Positions 20,201 through 29,842 are shown, counted from the first letter of the stretch. The stretch is DNA of 64,000 bases from Bacteroidia bacterium (GCA_025454875.1 JALONP010000004.1:7484-71483), one strand, 5' to 3'. Made by a program: numbers and translations. Notes: generated by a model from the sequence alone, not told the origin.

Positions 20201-23200
20201 TTGAACTTCCTGCAGTATACAAATCGAAATTCACTGTTTGCGCTTGGTTTACGGTCAAGGTTTGTCCCGCAAAGTAGGTATAGTTATTACTAATCGTTGT
20301 TCCTGGGCAACCATTAAAATTGTTGTTAATATTGGTAATACCTCCAGAAGTTTGGAACCCACTTATATTATACCATCCACATGAAAATTGAGCTTGGCTC
20401 AATTGTGGGATGCAATATTGCTCTCTAATTTCACGTGTTCCAGCAGGAGCGGTAGTCGTAGGAGCGTTTAGTACACCCGTGTTCACACCTGAACACTCAG
20501 CATCGATAAGGTTACCAAGAACGGCACCAGAAGAGATATCATAAGTAAGCCAGAAATAATTGGTATCATTTTGTAAAGGCAGTGACCCATTTACCGAGAA
20601 TGTTAAGCTACCTCCAAAATTAGTTAACGTAGTTCCAAATTGGGTTGTTGTTGCAAACGTATTGCTGTTTCCAGTGTACCATACTTTAATACCAGTAATA
20701 TCAGCTGTATCTGTTGTTCCGTTAGCATTAAAGTTTAGTTCTGTTAAGTTAATAGCAGCTCCTGTTGAAGATGTTACAATTTGAACACCGATTACTTCGT
20801 TGTCATTTGTTCCCCTTGCAACTTTTGACAAATTAGCCTGAGTAGTTGTTGAACTAATATAAGTCATCGGAGCGGTGATTGTAATATTGCCCGAAGGATC
20901 ACCATTTGTAGGCACGCGATATTGTCCTAGAACAAAAATGCTGTCTAAACGCGCATCAACTAAATTGCCAATTGTAGCACCTCCGGCAATATCGTACGTT
21001 AACCAATAATAGGTCGTACCACTTGATTGGATTGTATCAGTTACTCCAAATACAAACTGTCCACTTGGAGCTGCTACCGTAGCTCTCAAATCAGAAGTAT
21101 TAAACGTAGCCGAAGAACCTGTGCTGTATAATTTAGCATTTAAGATATCGGTTGCTGGGCTTGTAGAACCAGAAGTTGATAAGCGTAATTCTGTTAAAAC
21201 AGCGTTACCACATCCCGAATTGGTAATTGGAATTTGCAATACTTGACGGCTTAATACACCAGGTGCAGCAGTTCCTATTTGTTGAACAGGTTCAGCATTA
21301 CCAAAAGCAACTGGGTTTGGTAAAATGTTAATGGTATAATCCTCCGATTCACCATAACCATAATCTGAACATGGATCACTTACCGGAGCGCCATTCCACC
21401 AATAATCACCTGCACGAACACGCATTCTAGTTAAACCCGTTGTAGCGTTACAAGGTATGGTGATTGAACCCGAGGGAGGAGCGGAATTACCAGTAGCCGT
21501 TGGATCATAGAAAACCCGTTCAGTTGCATTGTCAAAAACACCATCTTGGTTGTAGTCAATCCAAATAGCGTAAGACATCCAACCACCACCAATGCTAAAG
21601 CTAAAAGTTTGATTTTGTTGGGTAACCATTGAAACACCAGGTGTATTTGAATAGTTATTATTATTGATATCTCCACAACCGGTGAAACTTGATATGTTGG
21701 AAGTAGCTCCGCTTGTTGTAAAGTTATTGATGGTATAACCCCAACTGCAAGAGTTATTAGCCCACGAAATTTGAGGAGTGCAGTACTCTTCGCGGATTTC
21801 TCTGCTACCTGCAGGAGCAGAAACAGTAGGCGTTTGGGTAGCACCTAAAACAATAGATAAACATTCACCATCAACCACGTTGGTTACTGTGGCCGTATCT
21901 GATATATCATACGTTAACCAAAAATAGTTGGTATCGTTTTCAAGTGGTTGCAAACCAGATACACTGAAAGTAAGTGCTCCAGGCAAATTGGTTAATGTAG
22001 TACCAAATTGAGTGGTGGTGTCGAATACATTTCCATTGCCAGTGTACCATACTTTAATATTGCTAATCTCAGAGGTATCTGTTGTTCCATTTGCTGAGAA
22101 GTTTAATTGTGTAGCACTAACAGGCGCTCCTGTAGGCGACATTACAACTTTCACAGCAATGATATCATTGTTTTTAGATCCTTTGGCAACCTTTGCAGGA
22201 TTGTCTTGAACCGTAGTTGAAGAAACGTAAGTCATTGGAGCCGTTACCGTAATGTTACCTGAAGGATTTGAATTGTTTGGAACTTCGTAGGCACCAAGAA
22301 CCAACACACTATCAAAAGTTGCATCGATTAAATCACCAACGGTAGCACCACTCGCTATATCATAAGCCAGCCAATAGTGCGTAGTTCCATTTGGCTCAAT
22401 AGTATCAGAAATGGCAAATGTAAATGCGCCACTTGGTGATGCCACAGTAGACCTTAGGTTCGTTGTATTAAATACGTTTGAGCCGCCTGTTGAGTACAAT
22501 TTAGCGGCTGTAATGTCTGCAGCATTTGTAGATCCTGCTGTTGACATTCTAAACTCATTTACCACGGCTGTACCGCAACCTGCATTTGTAACTGGCATTT
22601 GCAAAATCACTCGCGATGTAACCCCTGGTGCTGCAATACCTGTCATTTGAACAGCATCTGCCTCGTCAAATGTAACTGGAGCGGCTATTATGTTTACAGC
22701 ATAATCCTCTGTTTCGCCATAGCCGTAATCAGCACAAGGGTCGGTTATAGGAGTGCCATTCCACCAATTAGGGCCTTGACGTACACGCATTCTTGTTAGA
22801 CCTGGTAATGCTGAACAAGGTATTGAAATCGTGGCTGAAGCAGTCCATACATCATTTGGCGTTTGGAAGGCCAATTCACTTGCACTGAAAACTCCATCTT
22901 GATTGTAATCTATCCAGATTGAATATGACATCCAACTTGCTCCAGATAAATTAACATCAAATGATTGTGCTTGGTTCACTACTAAGGTTTGCGTTGGGTA
23001 ATAAATCCAGTTATTGGGATTACCATTACATCCTGTAAAGTTATTGATATTGTTAATGGCGCCAGTTGTTGAAACACCTGTCATATAATAACCCCAGTTG
23101 CAAGCATTGGTTGCATTGCTTATTTGTGGAGCGCAATATGGGTTTCGAATCTCACGGCTACCCACTGGTGAAGTAACAGTTGGTGTTTGAGGGGTACCAG

Positions 23201-24791
23201 CTATGGTTATGCTTGAACACTCACCATCTACTATATTGGTAACTGTTGCTGATGATTTAATGCCATATGTTAACCAAAAATAGTTTGTATCATTTGCCAA
23301 TGCTTGGTTACCAGAAATGGTAAACGGAAATGCACCACCTAAACTGGTTAAAGTTGAACCAAATTGGGTAGTAGTTGCAAAAGTGGCACTATTACCTGTG
23401 TACCACACTCTAATGTTTTCAATATCTAAGCTATCAGTAGATCCAGCAGCACTCATTGCAAATTGGGTAGCATTCACTGGTGCACCCGTATTAGACATGA
23501 TTACCCTCACACCTATAATTTGCTCGTCTTGGTCTCCTTTGCCAACCTTTTGAATCATATTTTGAAAAACGGTTGATGAAACATAACTCATTGGCGAGGT
23601 AATAATACGGTTACCTGCAGGAGCAGTTATACCGGGAACCTTATTTACGCCATTTACCTGAATGGTCGTTACTTCTGCATCAATACTGTTTCCTAATGTT
23701 GCACCTGCAGCTACATCATAGGCTACCCAAAAATAATTTACTCCCGGGCTTAATTGAACGGAGTCTGTTACAATATAGGAACCACTTGGTGAGGTTATTG
23801 TAGAACCAAACTGGGTTGCAGTAGAGTAAACATTTGAAGTTCCAGTAAAAAACACCTTCATGGCTGACAAGTCAGCAGGGCTAGTTGTTCCGTTCGTATT
23901 TACATGTAACTGAGTAGCAGCTAATGTAGATCCATATCCGCTTACGTTTACTTCATAACGAACAACCTCTTGGTTCACAGAACCTGGGCCAGCAGGCAAT
24001 AGAGAAGCAGAAAAGGCATCTGAGGTGTCATAAGTTTTAGGAGGAGGAACGAATCGATAAGTTAGGCCAGATATTGGCACAACCGGGCCAACATTGGTCA
24101 ATAAACATGTAGCATTGTTTGTTATACCTTGGGTTGTGGTTAACCAATCTGTTGCTGTGGTTCTATTGTTATAATCAGAATTTGATGTTCCCCTCAACCC
24201 AACTTCCACATTAAAATTTGTAGTTCCACCTTTTACACAATTACCATAAACGATATCTACATTATTCGTAGTCTCATTTAAGATTACCTGAAAATTTAAG
24301 GTGTCACTTGTATTGTTATTATTCCAATAAAAGGTCCAATTAGCGAACTGAACAATCAACTTACGAGTAGGAGCTGTTCCCACCAATTCATACCTAATTT
24401 CACCGTTTGGATGCCCTTGCAAATCAGCACTCATTGGTGTGATCAAATTGTTGTTTCCACTCCAAGGATCACTAATTGCATTGTATGAAGCATTTATTGA
24501 ATTGCCCAATCCTACAATACCATTGGCATTAACCGAGAAGGTTGTGTAGGTTGTCCCATTAAAAACAAAAGGAAAACCAATTGGATAATTAGTGAAGGAT
24601 GCATCGTCTACTCCGCCAGAGGCAATAACTGGACCTGCCAAAATAGGGAGCGCGGTATACGTGGTACCCGTGGTACTAAACGTATAATTGGAGACTTGCG
24701 CAATTGCATTGTTTATGAATGTAAACAATGAAAAAGCGACCGTTACAAAGAGCAATTTTGTTGCACGTTTGAAGGGTAGATTTGTTTTCAT
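17253..24791 (-). CDS. Giant secreted T9SS cargo protein (2512 aa) built from tandem repeated modules, each with a GEVED-like domain.
   Basis: N-terminal signal peptide. At least four repeated modules of about 450 aa, each ending '...MRVR.G..WWNG.P..DPC.DYGYGE.EDY' (GEVED-type motif). C-terminal type-A T9SS sorting domain '...YPNPFSNVVSFDV...GIYFLTVSGKESTTIKVVKTQ'. Confidence 0.85.
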   Translation of the reverse strand: MKTNLPFKRATKLLFVTVAFSLFTFINNAIAQVSNYTFSTTGTTYTALPILAGPVIASGGVDDASFTNYPIGFPFVFNGTTYTTFSVNANGIVGLGNSINASYNAISDPWSGNNNLITPMSADLQGHPNGEIRYELVGTAPTRKLIVQFANWTFYWNNNNTSDTLNFQVILNETTNNVDIVYGNCVKGGTTNFNVEVGLRGTSNSDYNNRTTATDWLTTTQGITNNATCLLTNVGPVVPISGLTYRFVPPPKTYDTSDAFSASLLPAGPGSVNQEVVRYEVNVSGYGSTLAATQLHVNTNGTTSPADLSAMKVFFTGTSNVYSTATQFGSTITSPSGSYIVTDSVQLSPGVNYFWVAYDVAAGATLGNSIDAEVTTIQVNGVNKVPGITAPAGNRIITSPMSYVSSTVFQNMIQKVGKGDQDEQIIGVRVIMSNTGAPVNATQFAMSAAGSTDSLDIENIRVWYTGNSATFATTTQFGSTLTSLGGAFPFTISGNQALANDTNYFWLTYGIKSSATVTNIVDGECSSITIAGTPQTPTVTSPVGSREIRNPYCAPQISNATNACNWGYYMTGVSTTGAINNINNFTGCNGNPNNWIYYPTQTLVVNQAQSFDVNLSGASWMSYSIWIDYNQDGVFSASELAFQTPNDVWTASATISIPCSALPGLTRMRVRQGPNWWNGTPITDPCADYGYGETEDYAVNIIAAPVTFDEADAVQMTGIAAPGVTSRVILQMPVTNAGCGTAVVNEFRMSTAGSTNAADITAAKLYSTGGSNVFNTTNLRSTVASPSGAFTFAISDTIEPNGTTHYWLAYDIASGATVGDLIDATFDSVLVLGAYEVPNNSNPSGNITVTAPMTYVSSTTVQDNPAKVAKGSKNNDIIAVKVVMSPTGAPVSATQLNFSANGTTDTSEISNIKVWYTGNGNVFDTTTQFGTTLTNLPGALTFSVSGLQPLENDTNYFWLTYDISDTATVTNVVDGECLSIVLGATQTPTVSAPAGSREIREEYCTPQISWANNSCSWGYTINNFTTSGATSNISSFTGCGDINNNNYSNTPGVSMVTQQNQTFSFSIGGGWMSYAIWIDYNQDGVFDNATERVFYDPTATGNSAPPSGSITIPCNATTGLTRMRVRAGDYWWNGAPVSDPCSDYGYGESEDYTINILPNPVAFGNAEPVQQIGTAAPGVLSRQVLQIPITNSGCGNAVLTELRLSTSGSTSPATDILNAKLYSTGSSATFNTSDLRATVAAPSGQFVFGVTDTIQSSGTTYYWLTYDIAGGATIGNLVDARLDSIFVLGQYRVPTNGDPSGNITITAPMTYISSTTTQANLSKVARGTNDNEVIGVQIVTSSTGAAINLTELNFNANGTTDTADITGIKVWYTGNSNTFATTTQFGTTLTNFGGSLTFSVNGSLPLQNDTNYFWLTYDISSGAVLGNLIDAECSGVNTGVLNAPTTTAPAGTREIREQYCIPQLSQAQFSCGWYNISGFQTSGGITNINNNFNGCPGTTISNNYTYFAGQTLTVNQAQTVNFDLYTAGSSMYYTIWIDLNQDGIFTANEVMATTGSTTFTNYSSSFTIPCSALPGLTRMRVRQTVSWWAGLLTNPCSDYGYGESEDYDVMINAAPLAYGSSTTSQSSSTGAPSSTDNIVLQIPVATNGCGVGTITEFRFNTNGTTSASDIAAAKVYRTTVPAFSTANLIATVASPSGSFTVAVTDTLESNATTYYWLAYDIAAGAGLGNLLDAQLDSIQVIGNYYIPTVTSPSGNIVVTSPMTYVGSTTHHSATTKVAKGTANNEILQIPIITSSTGAPINLTQFDLTATGTTDTANIRNMKVWYTGNSSVFVPTTQFGNTMPFLPGAMAYTITGFQPLANDTNYFWVTYDVDASSVSGNVIDATCTSFTLSGAPHSPAVTSPAGNREIRDNYCIPSISGTPYITNITLNSMNFNPPTNTAPGYYINYPTTTATATITKLNTESISITTDNNAVINMWIDFNDDGIFSPTEMTNINMSSTSFAPSTVSFTVPATAVLGPVRMRIMTRFSGNPNTDPCRVGGSGEAQDYTITILPTPPATTYTWNQTSAADFTVASNWTPARTTPVGNDRLVFNGGGSVTVNNVPSQTISKLTIDNSTVVTFNSAGTVTFSVNDTIEMISGRLNSTNNNFTLSLGVDTSNVGSLLGTPMYEGILRRWVNATTTNYTFPLYTGANNNTASLTFTTAPVGGTITARFINTAPGNNGLPLTDGLLSVTKASPFGYWRFTTANGFSGGDYTVNFTAEGAIGVTSFVDLRVIRRNNFIAPWSLVGTAGVNTGTNAVPVVERTGVNVVGEFGIGADSSVNPLPVTLTQFKASAVRSDAHLNWVTVSELNNAGFEVERSVDGRTFRKVGYVQGAGTTNITKRYAYIDRNAFTNANATVLYYRLRQVDFNGQSYTTQAVRVSKATNETTGIVAYPNPFSNVVSFDVTAAEEGTYTYTVMDVQGKVYATSKVDVKEGLNTVTVAESDKLAPGIYFLTVSGKESTTIKVVKTQ
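18400..23900 (-). repeat. Intragenic tandem DNA repeat of about 1.36 kb, at least four copies, encoding the repeated protein modules of the giant T9SS gene.
   Basis: The opposite-strand shadow motif 'PVYHT' (reverse of 'VWYTGN') recurs at about 19309, 20668, 22036 and 23392, a spacing of 1356-1368 bp. At the protein level 'VWYTGN...TTQFG.TLT' occurs four times. Confidence 0.7.
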
Positions 24792-25409
24792 AAATGGTGT
24801 TTTAGTTAAAGATTAGTTAAATCTAAATTAAAAGTTATTTTAAAAAAAACAAGGTCAATTTTTTTTTGTTATTCATTTTTTCGCTAAAAAGTCTTAAATA
24901 TCCTGTGTTTACCATGGCAAAAAAAAATCTACCTAATGATAGCATACGGCTTAATTAAGAATCTGCCAGCTCGTTTAGACGTTGAAACAAGAAGTATTGG
25001 TAATATCTGTGCCTCTTCTGGAACTTATCCTATGAGCTACCTTAAAAAAGCATTGCTACCGACTACGCGTTCAGTTGTTAATTTTTTGCGCAATAGCAAC
25101 TCTACCACAATTACAATGGCTTTCAAGTTCTCACATACTGCTGTTATGAAAGATGAGGATACGTCCTTTCGGTATTATGCGATGCAGGCAGCTTAAAATA
25201 ATTTTTCTCCCTATCATTTTTACACAGCAAAACGCCCAACAACTTTTGTTTTACTACCAGTGGCTTCACAATGAGATTTGGTTACTCAAACTTTTAAACA
25301 GATCACCGCGTTCATTTAGTAATTATTACATCCAGTATTGATAAATATTCGCATTCCTCTTTTTTCTTGGTCTATTATCAAAAAGCTGCGATAAGGGTGC
25401 GTCCGAAAT

Positions 25410-25796
25410 TTAATTCAATCGGTGCGGAACAATCAATAAAAACTCGGGAATACGTACTTCGAATTTCTTGCCATCAATTTGACGCTCCATTAAATAAGTT
25501 CCATGCATTTTGCCGAACTCACTTACCAAAGCGCATCCCGAAACATATTGGTGCGACTCTCCAGGCTCAAGAACTGGCTGTAAGCCCACAACCCCTTCCC
25601 CTTCAACCTCCGAATGCTGGTTGTTCACATCGGTAATATACCAATGCCTCCTCAACAATTTAATCGTGTATTCTCCATTATTTTGAATGCGAATTCGATA
25701 CGCAAACATGTGATTTTGCCCACCAAATCTTGACCCCGGCTGCTGATAAGCCGTTTCAACTGTTATTTTAATATCATTGGTAATTGCAGTTGGCAT
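25410..25796 (-). CDS. apaG: ApaG (DUF525) protein. Start taken at the internal Met.
   Basis: The ApaG-typical '...GSRFGGQNHMFAYRIRIQNNGEYTIKLLRRHWYITDVNNQHSEVEGEGVVGLQPVLEPGESHQY' fibronectin-III-like fold motifs. Confidence 0.78.
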   Translation of the reverse strand: MPTAITNDIKITVETAYQQPGSRFGGQNHMFAYRIRIQNNGEYTIKLLRRHWYITDVNNQHSEVEGEGVVGLQPVLEPGESHQYVSGCALVSEFGKMHGTYLMERQIDGKKFEVRIPEFLLIVPHRLN

Positions 25797-25975
25797 ATAG
25801 TAATAACACCAAATGTAAAACAATGTTTACACATCGCCAATAGGCGCTAAATGGCATCACAGAATTGGCAACCCAAATCGGCTTTAGCGATCCGTAACAA
25901 TTACGCAACCTAGGCTTTACGTAACCTTCATATGTAGACAGCATTTTTGTTTGGCAAAATAAGGCCACCAAACTT

Positions 25976-26842
25976 ATGGCAAAACGAAAAGTTCAGGTAG
26001 CGGTCATTTCTGATGTGCACCTTGGCACTTATGGTTGCAGGGCAAAAGAACTTAATCAGTACTTAAAATCAATTGATCCTGAAATACTGGTGCTCAATGG
26101 CGACATTATTGACATCTGGCAATTTAGTAAACGTTATTGGCCTGAGTCGCATATGAAAATTGTGCAACGCGTATTTAAATTATTAGCCAACGGAACCAAG
26201 GTTTATTATTTAACAGGAAATCATGATGAATTGCTTCGCAAATTCACCGACTTCAAAATGGGCGAACTTGAAATTTTGGATAAATTGGTACTTGAATTAG
26301 ACGGAAAAAAAGCGTGGTTATTTCATGGTGATGTGTTTGATATTACAATGAAGCATGCGAAATGGCTTGCCAAACTTGGTGCAATCGGATACGACACTCT
26401 TATATTTATCAATAGCTTAGTAAATTGGTTTTCGGAAAATGTACTGCGAAAAGGAAAAGTATCTTTGAGTAAGAAGGTTAAAAACAGTGTAAAGTCGGCC
26501 GTTACTTTTATTGACGATTTTGAGCAAACAGCAATTGATATTGCTATTGAAAATGGTTACGATTACGTGGTATGCGGTCATATTCACCAGCCTTCAATCA
26601 GGCAATCGCAAACAGCCAAAGGCAATACCTTGTATTTAAACAGCGGTGATTGGATTGAGAACCTCACTGCCCTCGAATACCACGAAGGATCGTGGTTGTT
26701 GTACCAACATCCTGAAAACCATGAAGACACTAACGAAGAAGAAGAACTAAGGGTTTCGTTGCCCAATATGGATGCCCTATACCAATCCATAATCCGAATG
26801 CCACAAGTTGCCTTTAACACGCCATCAACTTCAATTAAATGA
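25976..26842 (+). CDS. lpxH: UDP-2,3-diacylglucosamine diphosphatase-like calcineurin-type metallophosphoesterase (LpxH/LpxH2 family).
   Basis: 'VAVISDVHLG', 'LNGDIID', 'YLTGNHDE' and 'VCGHIHQP' metallophosphoesterase motifs in the LpxH arrangement. Confidence 0.65.
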   Translation: MAKRKVQVAVISDVHLGTYGCRAKELNQYLKSIDPEILVLNGDIIDIWQFSKRYWPESHMKIVQRVFKLLANGTKVYYLTGNHDELLRKFTDFKMGELEILDKLVLELDGKKAWLFHGDVFDITMKHAKWLAKLGAIGYDTLIFINSLVNWFSENVLRKGKVSLSKKVKNSVKSAVTFIDDFEQTAIDIAIENGYDYVVCGHIHQPSIRQSQTAKGNTLYLNSGDWIENLTALEYHEGSWLLYQHPENHEDTNEEEELRVSLPNMDALYQSIIRMPQVAFNTPSTSIK

Positions 26843-27846
26843 AAATATTACTAGCCATACAAGGCACAGGAAACGGGCATATCAGCCGTGCGCGTGAAAT
26901 TATTCCACACTTGCTTCAATATGGAGAGCTTGATTTGTTAATCAGCGGAACCCAAGCAGATGTGTCGCTTCCTTACTTGGTAAAATACAAAAAAAGAGGC
27001 CTGAGCTACACCTTTGGAAAAAAAGGAGGTATCGATATCGTTGATAGTATTAAACAGTTTAGGCCATTTAATTTATGGAAAGACATTCATTCGTTTCCAG
27101 TACATGAGTACGATTTAATCATCAATGATTTTGAACCCATTACCGCTTGGGCCTGTAAGTTAAAACACAAACCATGCATTGCACTCAGCCATCAATCGGC
27201 CTTTTTATCAGCCAAAACACCTCGCCCTTCTAAAAAAGATGCATTTGCTGAAAACGTATTCCATCATTATGCTCCCTGCAGCGCTGCGTATGGATTTCAT
27301 TTTAAGAAATACGATAGCCATATTTACACGCCTGTTATCCGCAAAGAAGTTCGCGAGCTTGAGCCAAGGCAGCTTGGCCATATCACAGTGTACTTGCCTG
27401 CTCACGGTGATGATGTATTAATTAAGCACCTAACCCAGTTGCCTGAAGTGGAATGGGATGTATTTTCTAAACATACCAAACAAGCCTACAGCATCCAAAA
27501 TGTAGCAATTAAACCGGTGTTAAACGATGCATTTACTCAAAGTTTGGCAAGTGGTGACGGATTGCTCACAGCAGGTGGATTTGAAAGTCCGGCCGAAGCC
27601 ATTTACCTGCGCAAAAAAGTACTAAGCATCCCAATGAGCAATCAATACGAACAGCAATGCAATGCACAAGCAATGAAAGAACTTGGCATCACTGTAGTAA
27701 AAGAAATTGATGATTTATTTGTGTCGAAACTGCGTACATGGCTCACCTTTGCGTTCCCAATTAATATTCATTACCCAGATATAACTGGTAAAATTGTTTC
27801 TGATTTGATTCAAAAACATGGTGTTGGGTTGGCCCAAGCGGTTTAA
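26839..27846 (+). CDS. Glycosyltransferase family protein (GT-B, Glyco_trans_1_3/MGT-like). Start overlaps the lpxH-like stop by 4 bp (ATGA).
   Basis: The N-terminus 'MKILLAIQGTGNGHISRAREIIP' is typical of this glycosyltransferase family. 335 aa. Confidence 0.6.
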   Translation: MKILLAIQGTGNGHISRAREIIPHLLQYGELDLLISGTQADVSLPYLVKYKKRGLSYTFGKKGGIDIVDSIKQFRPFNLWKDIHSFPVHEYDLIINDFEPITAWACKLKHKPCIALSHQSAFLSAKTPRPSKKDAFAENVFHHYAPCSAAYGFHFKKYDSHIYTPVIRKEVRELEPRQLGHITVYLPAHGDDVLIKHLTQLPEVEWDVFSKHTKQAYSIQNVAIKPVLNDAFTQSLASGDGLLTAGGFESPAEAIYLRKKVLSIPMSNQYEQQCNAQAMKELGITVVKEIDDLFVSKLRTWLTFAFPINIHYPDITGKIVSDLIQKHGVGLAQAV

Positions 27847-29831
27847 CCACCAAGCTTAGATAATTGTTTAAACACAATAGCCAAATCGTTGCCCATGCTG
27901 TAATCTTTGGCATACAAGAAATTGATTTTTTGAATGGCTGTGTCTGCTGGAGTTTGGCTTGCTTGTATATCAATAGTTGGTAATACAGCTGGCTTCAATG
28001 CAGGCAATACTTCAATATTGCTTGCTTGTGCATAACCTACCCATGTTTTAGCTCCTAAAAATACTTGCAAAAGGTTAAGCAGAAATTGCGCCTTTCGTTT
28101 CACAACCAATACCATAATTGGCATTGCAACCAAGAAAGAAAGAGCAAGCGTGATGTCAAAAAACCGCTTTTTACGCAACTGCATAGGTTTGTGTAAATCC
28201 AGATTAATTTCAAGCGTATAAAAGTCGCCTGGTTCATCCTTAGAGTTGCTTCCAATAATGAAAATACTTTCTTCAGGAACAATTTTGAAATGAACATCAG
28301 GCTTTGCAATTGCGTGCATCCACTTCATAATTTGCATTGTACTTAAGTCTCTACTGCAAAAAATAACCTCTTCAATTTTAAACAACTCAATAATATCGGC
28401 AAGTTGGTTTTCGGTTCCCAAAAATTGATCATCATGCTGTTGGTTGGCGCCTACAGATACATAGCCAATATACTCACTCTTTGCTTTTGAATGTGTAAGT
28501 AAATAGTGTACACGCTTTACCTCAGGTTGGTTTCCAACAATAATCGTTTTGGTGTTTTCATCCAATGTAAAACTCCACCTGTTATGTGTAATGGCATACC
28601 GAATGGCGCGAATAGCATACACAACAAAAACTGCGGCCAACGAACCCAATACAATAATGGCTCGAGAAAACCTGTACGACTCATTCGCAAAGGCATAAAA
28701 TACCGCGATGGCAAGTGATCCAACTAAAATCCCTTTCCATACCACATTGGCATTCATACGCCTTTTATAACCGCCAGCAATAGCCAAACCTACTGACCAT
28801 AACAAGGCATACACAACACTATTTACTTGCACCGTAATTGGCGCATACGCAGTAGTTGTATCAAACTTGTATTGAGCATACCCTTGCGAAATAAGGTATA
28901 CAACGCCTGCAAGCAAAAGCATATCCAACGCCCACAAATAGGTGGAAACAAATAATCTTGATACGATCGCAATACCCGCTCTTGCATAAATTGCTGCGTG
29001 AATGAGTAACGAAAAAAGCTGCGCATGTTTTGCACTGTAATGCTTTTGGGCAAATATGATCATGGCTTTGTAAAACACAAATACATAATTTACCGTTGCT
29101 TTTTTAGTGCTTTCTCCTTTGTAATGGATAATGGTTGTATTCGGGAAATAGTAATTTTTGTAACCAGCTTGCGTTATCCGATAAGATAAATCGATATCCT
29201 CTCCGTACATAAAATAATCTTCATCGAGCAAGCCAATTTGGTTAAGCACGCTAGATCGAATTAGCATAAAGGCTCCCGCCAAAACTTCGACCTCGTGTAT
29301 TTCCGAAGCGTTTAAGTATCCTAGATGGTATTTGCCAAACCTTGTTGATGTGGGAAACAATGATGCCAATCCGAACATCTTATAAAATGCAACTGCAGGT
29401 GTTGGTAACCCTCTTTTTGATTCGGGTAAAAAATTGCCCTTGCCATCAATCATTTTTACTCCCAATGCTCCTGCATCTGAGGTAGCATCCATAAAGGCAC
29501 AAATGTTTGCAAAACAATTTTCAGGAACAACCGTATCGGGATTCAAGAGTAAAACATATTCACCTGTAGATTTCCGAATTGCTTGATTGTTTGCTTTCGA
29601 AAAACCAGCATTACCAGTATTAGCGATTAAATGAACTTCTGGGAAAATACGCCTTACCATTTCCACACTTCCATCTACAGAGTTATTGTCAACCACAAAA
29701 ACTTCTACATCCATCCCTTTCGAAGCTTTTCGCACGCTATGCAATGCTTGCTCCAAAAAGTACTTCACATTATAATTAACAATAACAACTGAAAGTTTCA
29801 CGTGCCGAATATACAATGCAATACCGAACAA
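27843..29831 (-). CDS. Family 2 glycosyltransferase fused to a membrane segment and a degenerate WbaP-like (bac_transf) sugar-transferase C-terminus.
   Basis: N-terminal GT2 ('VVIVNYNVKYF...VVDNNSVDGS', DxD). Central TM helices. A C-terminal Rossmann-like segment, then 'RKKRFFDITLALSFLVAMPIMVLVVKR' (bac_transf start), '..LLNLLQVFLGAKTWVGY' and '...DYSMGNDLAIVFKQLSKL' (bac_transf end). The 'KFRTM...DEL' catalytic core region is missing. Confidence 0.65.
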   Translation of the reverse strand: MFGIALYIRHVKLSVVIVNYNVKYFLEQALHSVRKASKGMDVEVFVVDNNSVDGSVEMVRRIFPEVHLIANTGNAGFSKANNQAIRKSTGEYVLLLNPDTVVPENCFANICAFMDATSDAGALGVKMIDGKGNFLPESKRGLPTPAVAFYKMFGLASLFPTSTRFGKYHLGYLNASEIHEVEVLAGAFMLIRSSVLNQIGLLDEDYFMYGEDIDLSYRITQAGYKNYYFPNTTIIHYKGESTKKATVNYVFVFYKAMIIFAQKHYSAKHAQLFSLLIHAAIYARAGIAIVSRLFVSTYLWALDMLLLAGVVYLISQGYAQYKFDTTTAYAPITVQVNSVVYALLWSVGLAIAGGYKRRMNANVVWKGILVGSLAIAVFYAFANESYRFSRAIIVLGSLAAVFVVYAIRAIRYAITHNRWSFTLDENTKTIIVGNQPEVKRVHYLLTHSKAKSEYIGYVSVGANQQHDDQFLGTENQLADIIELFKIEEVIFCSRDLSTMQIMKWMHAIAKPDVHFKIVPEESIFIIGSNSKDEPGDFYTLEINLDLHKPMQLRKKRFFDITLALSFLVAMPIMVLVVKRKAQFLLNLLQVFLGAKTWVGYAQASNIEVLPALKPAVLPTIDIQASQTPADTAIQKINFLYAKDYSMGNDLAIVFKQLSKLGG

Positions 29832-29842
29832 TTCACAGCGCC

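Noticed and set aside
19273-23553. Four plus-strand ORFs (19273, 20560, 22012, 23317) sharing a 'LPVYHT' motif, which look like a repeated small-gene family.
   Set aside because: They are shadow ORFs on the strand opposite the 1.36-kb tandem repeats inside the giant T9SS gene. The motif is the reverse-complement reading of VWYTGN.
24936-25341. Small ORFs (86 and 62 aa) in the long intergenic region upstream of the giant gene.
   Set aside because: No signal, domain or conserved motif. They are retained only as part of the unexplained-spacer finding.
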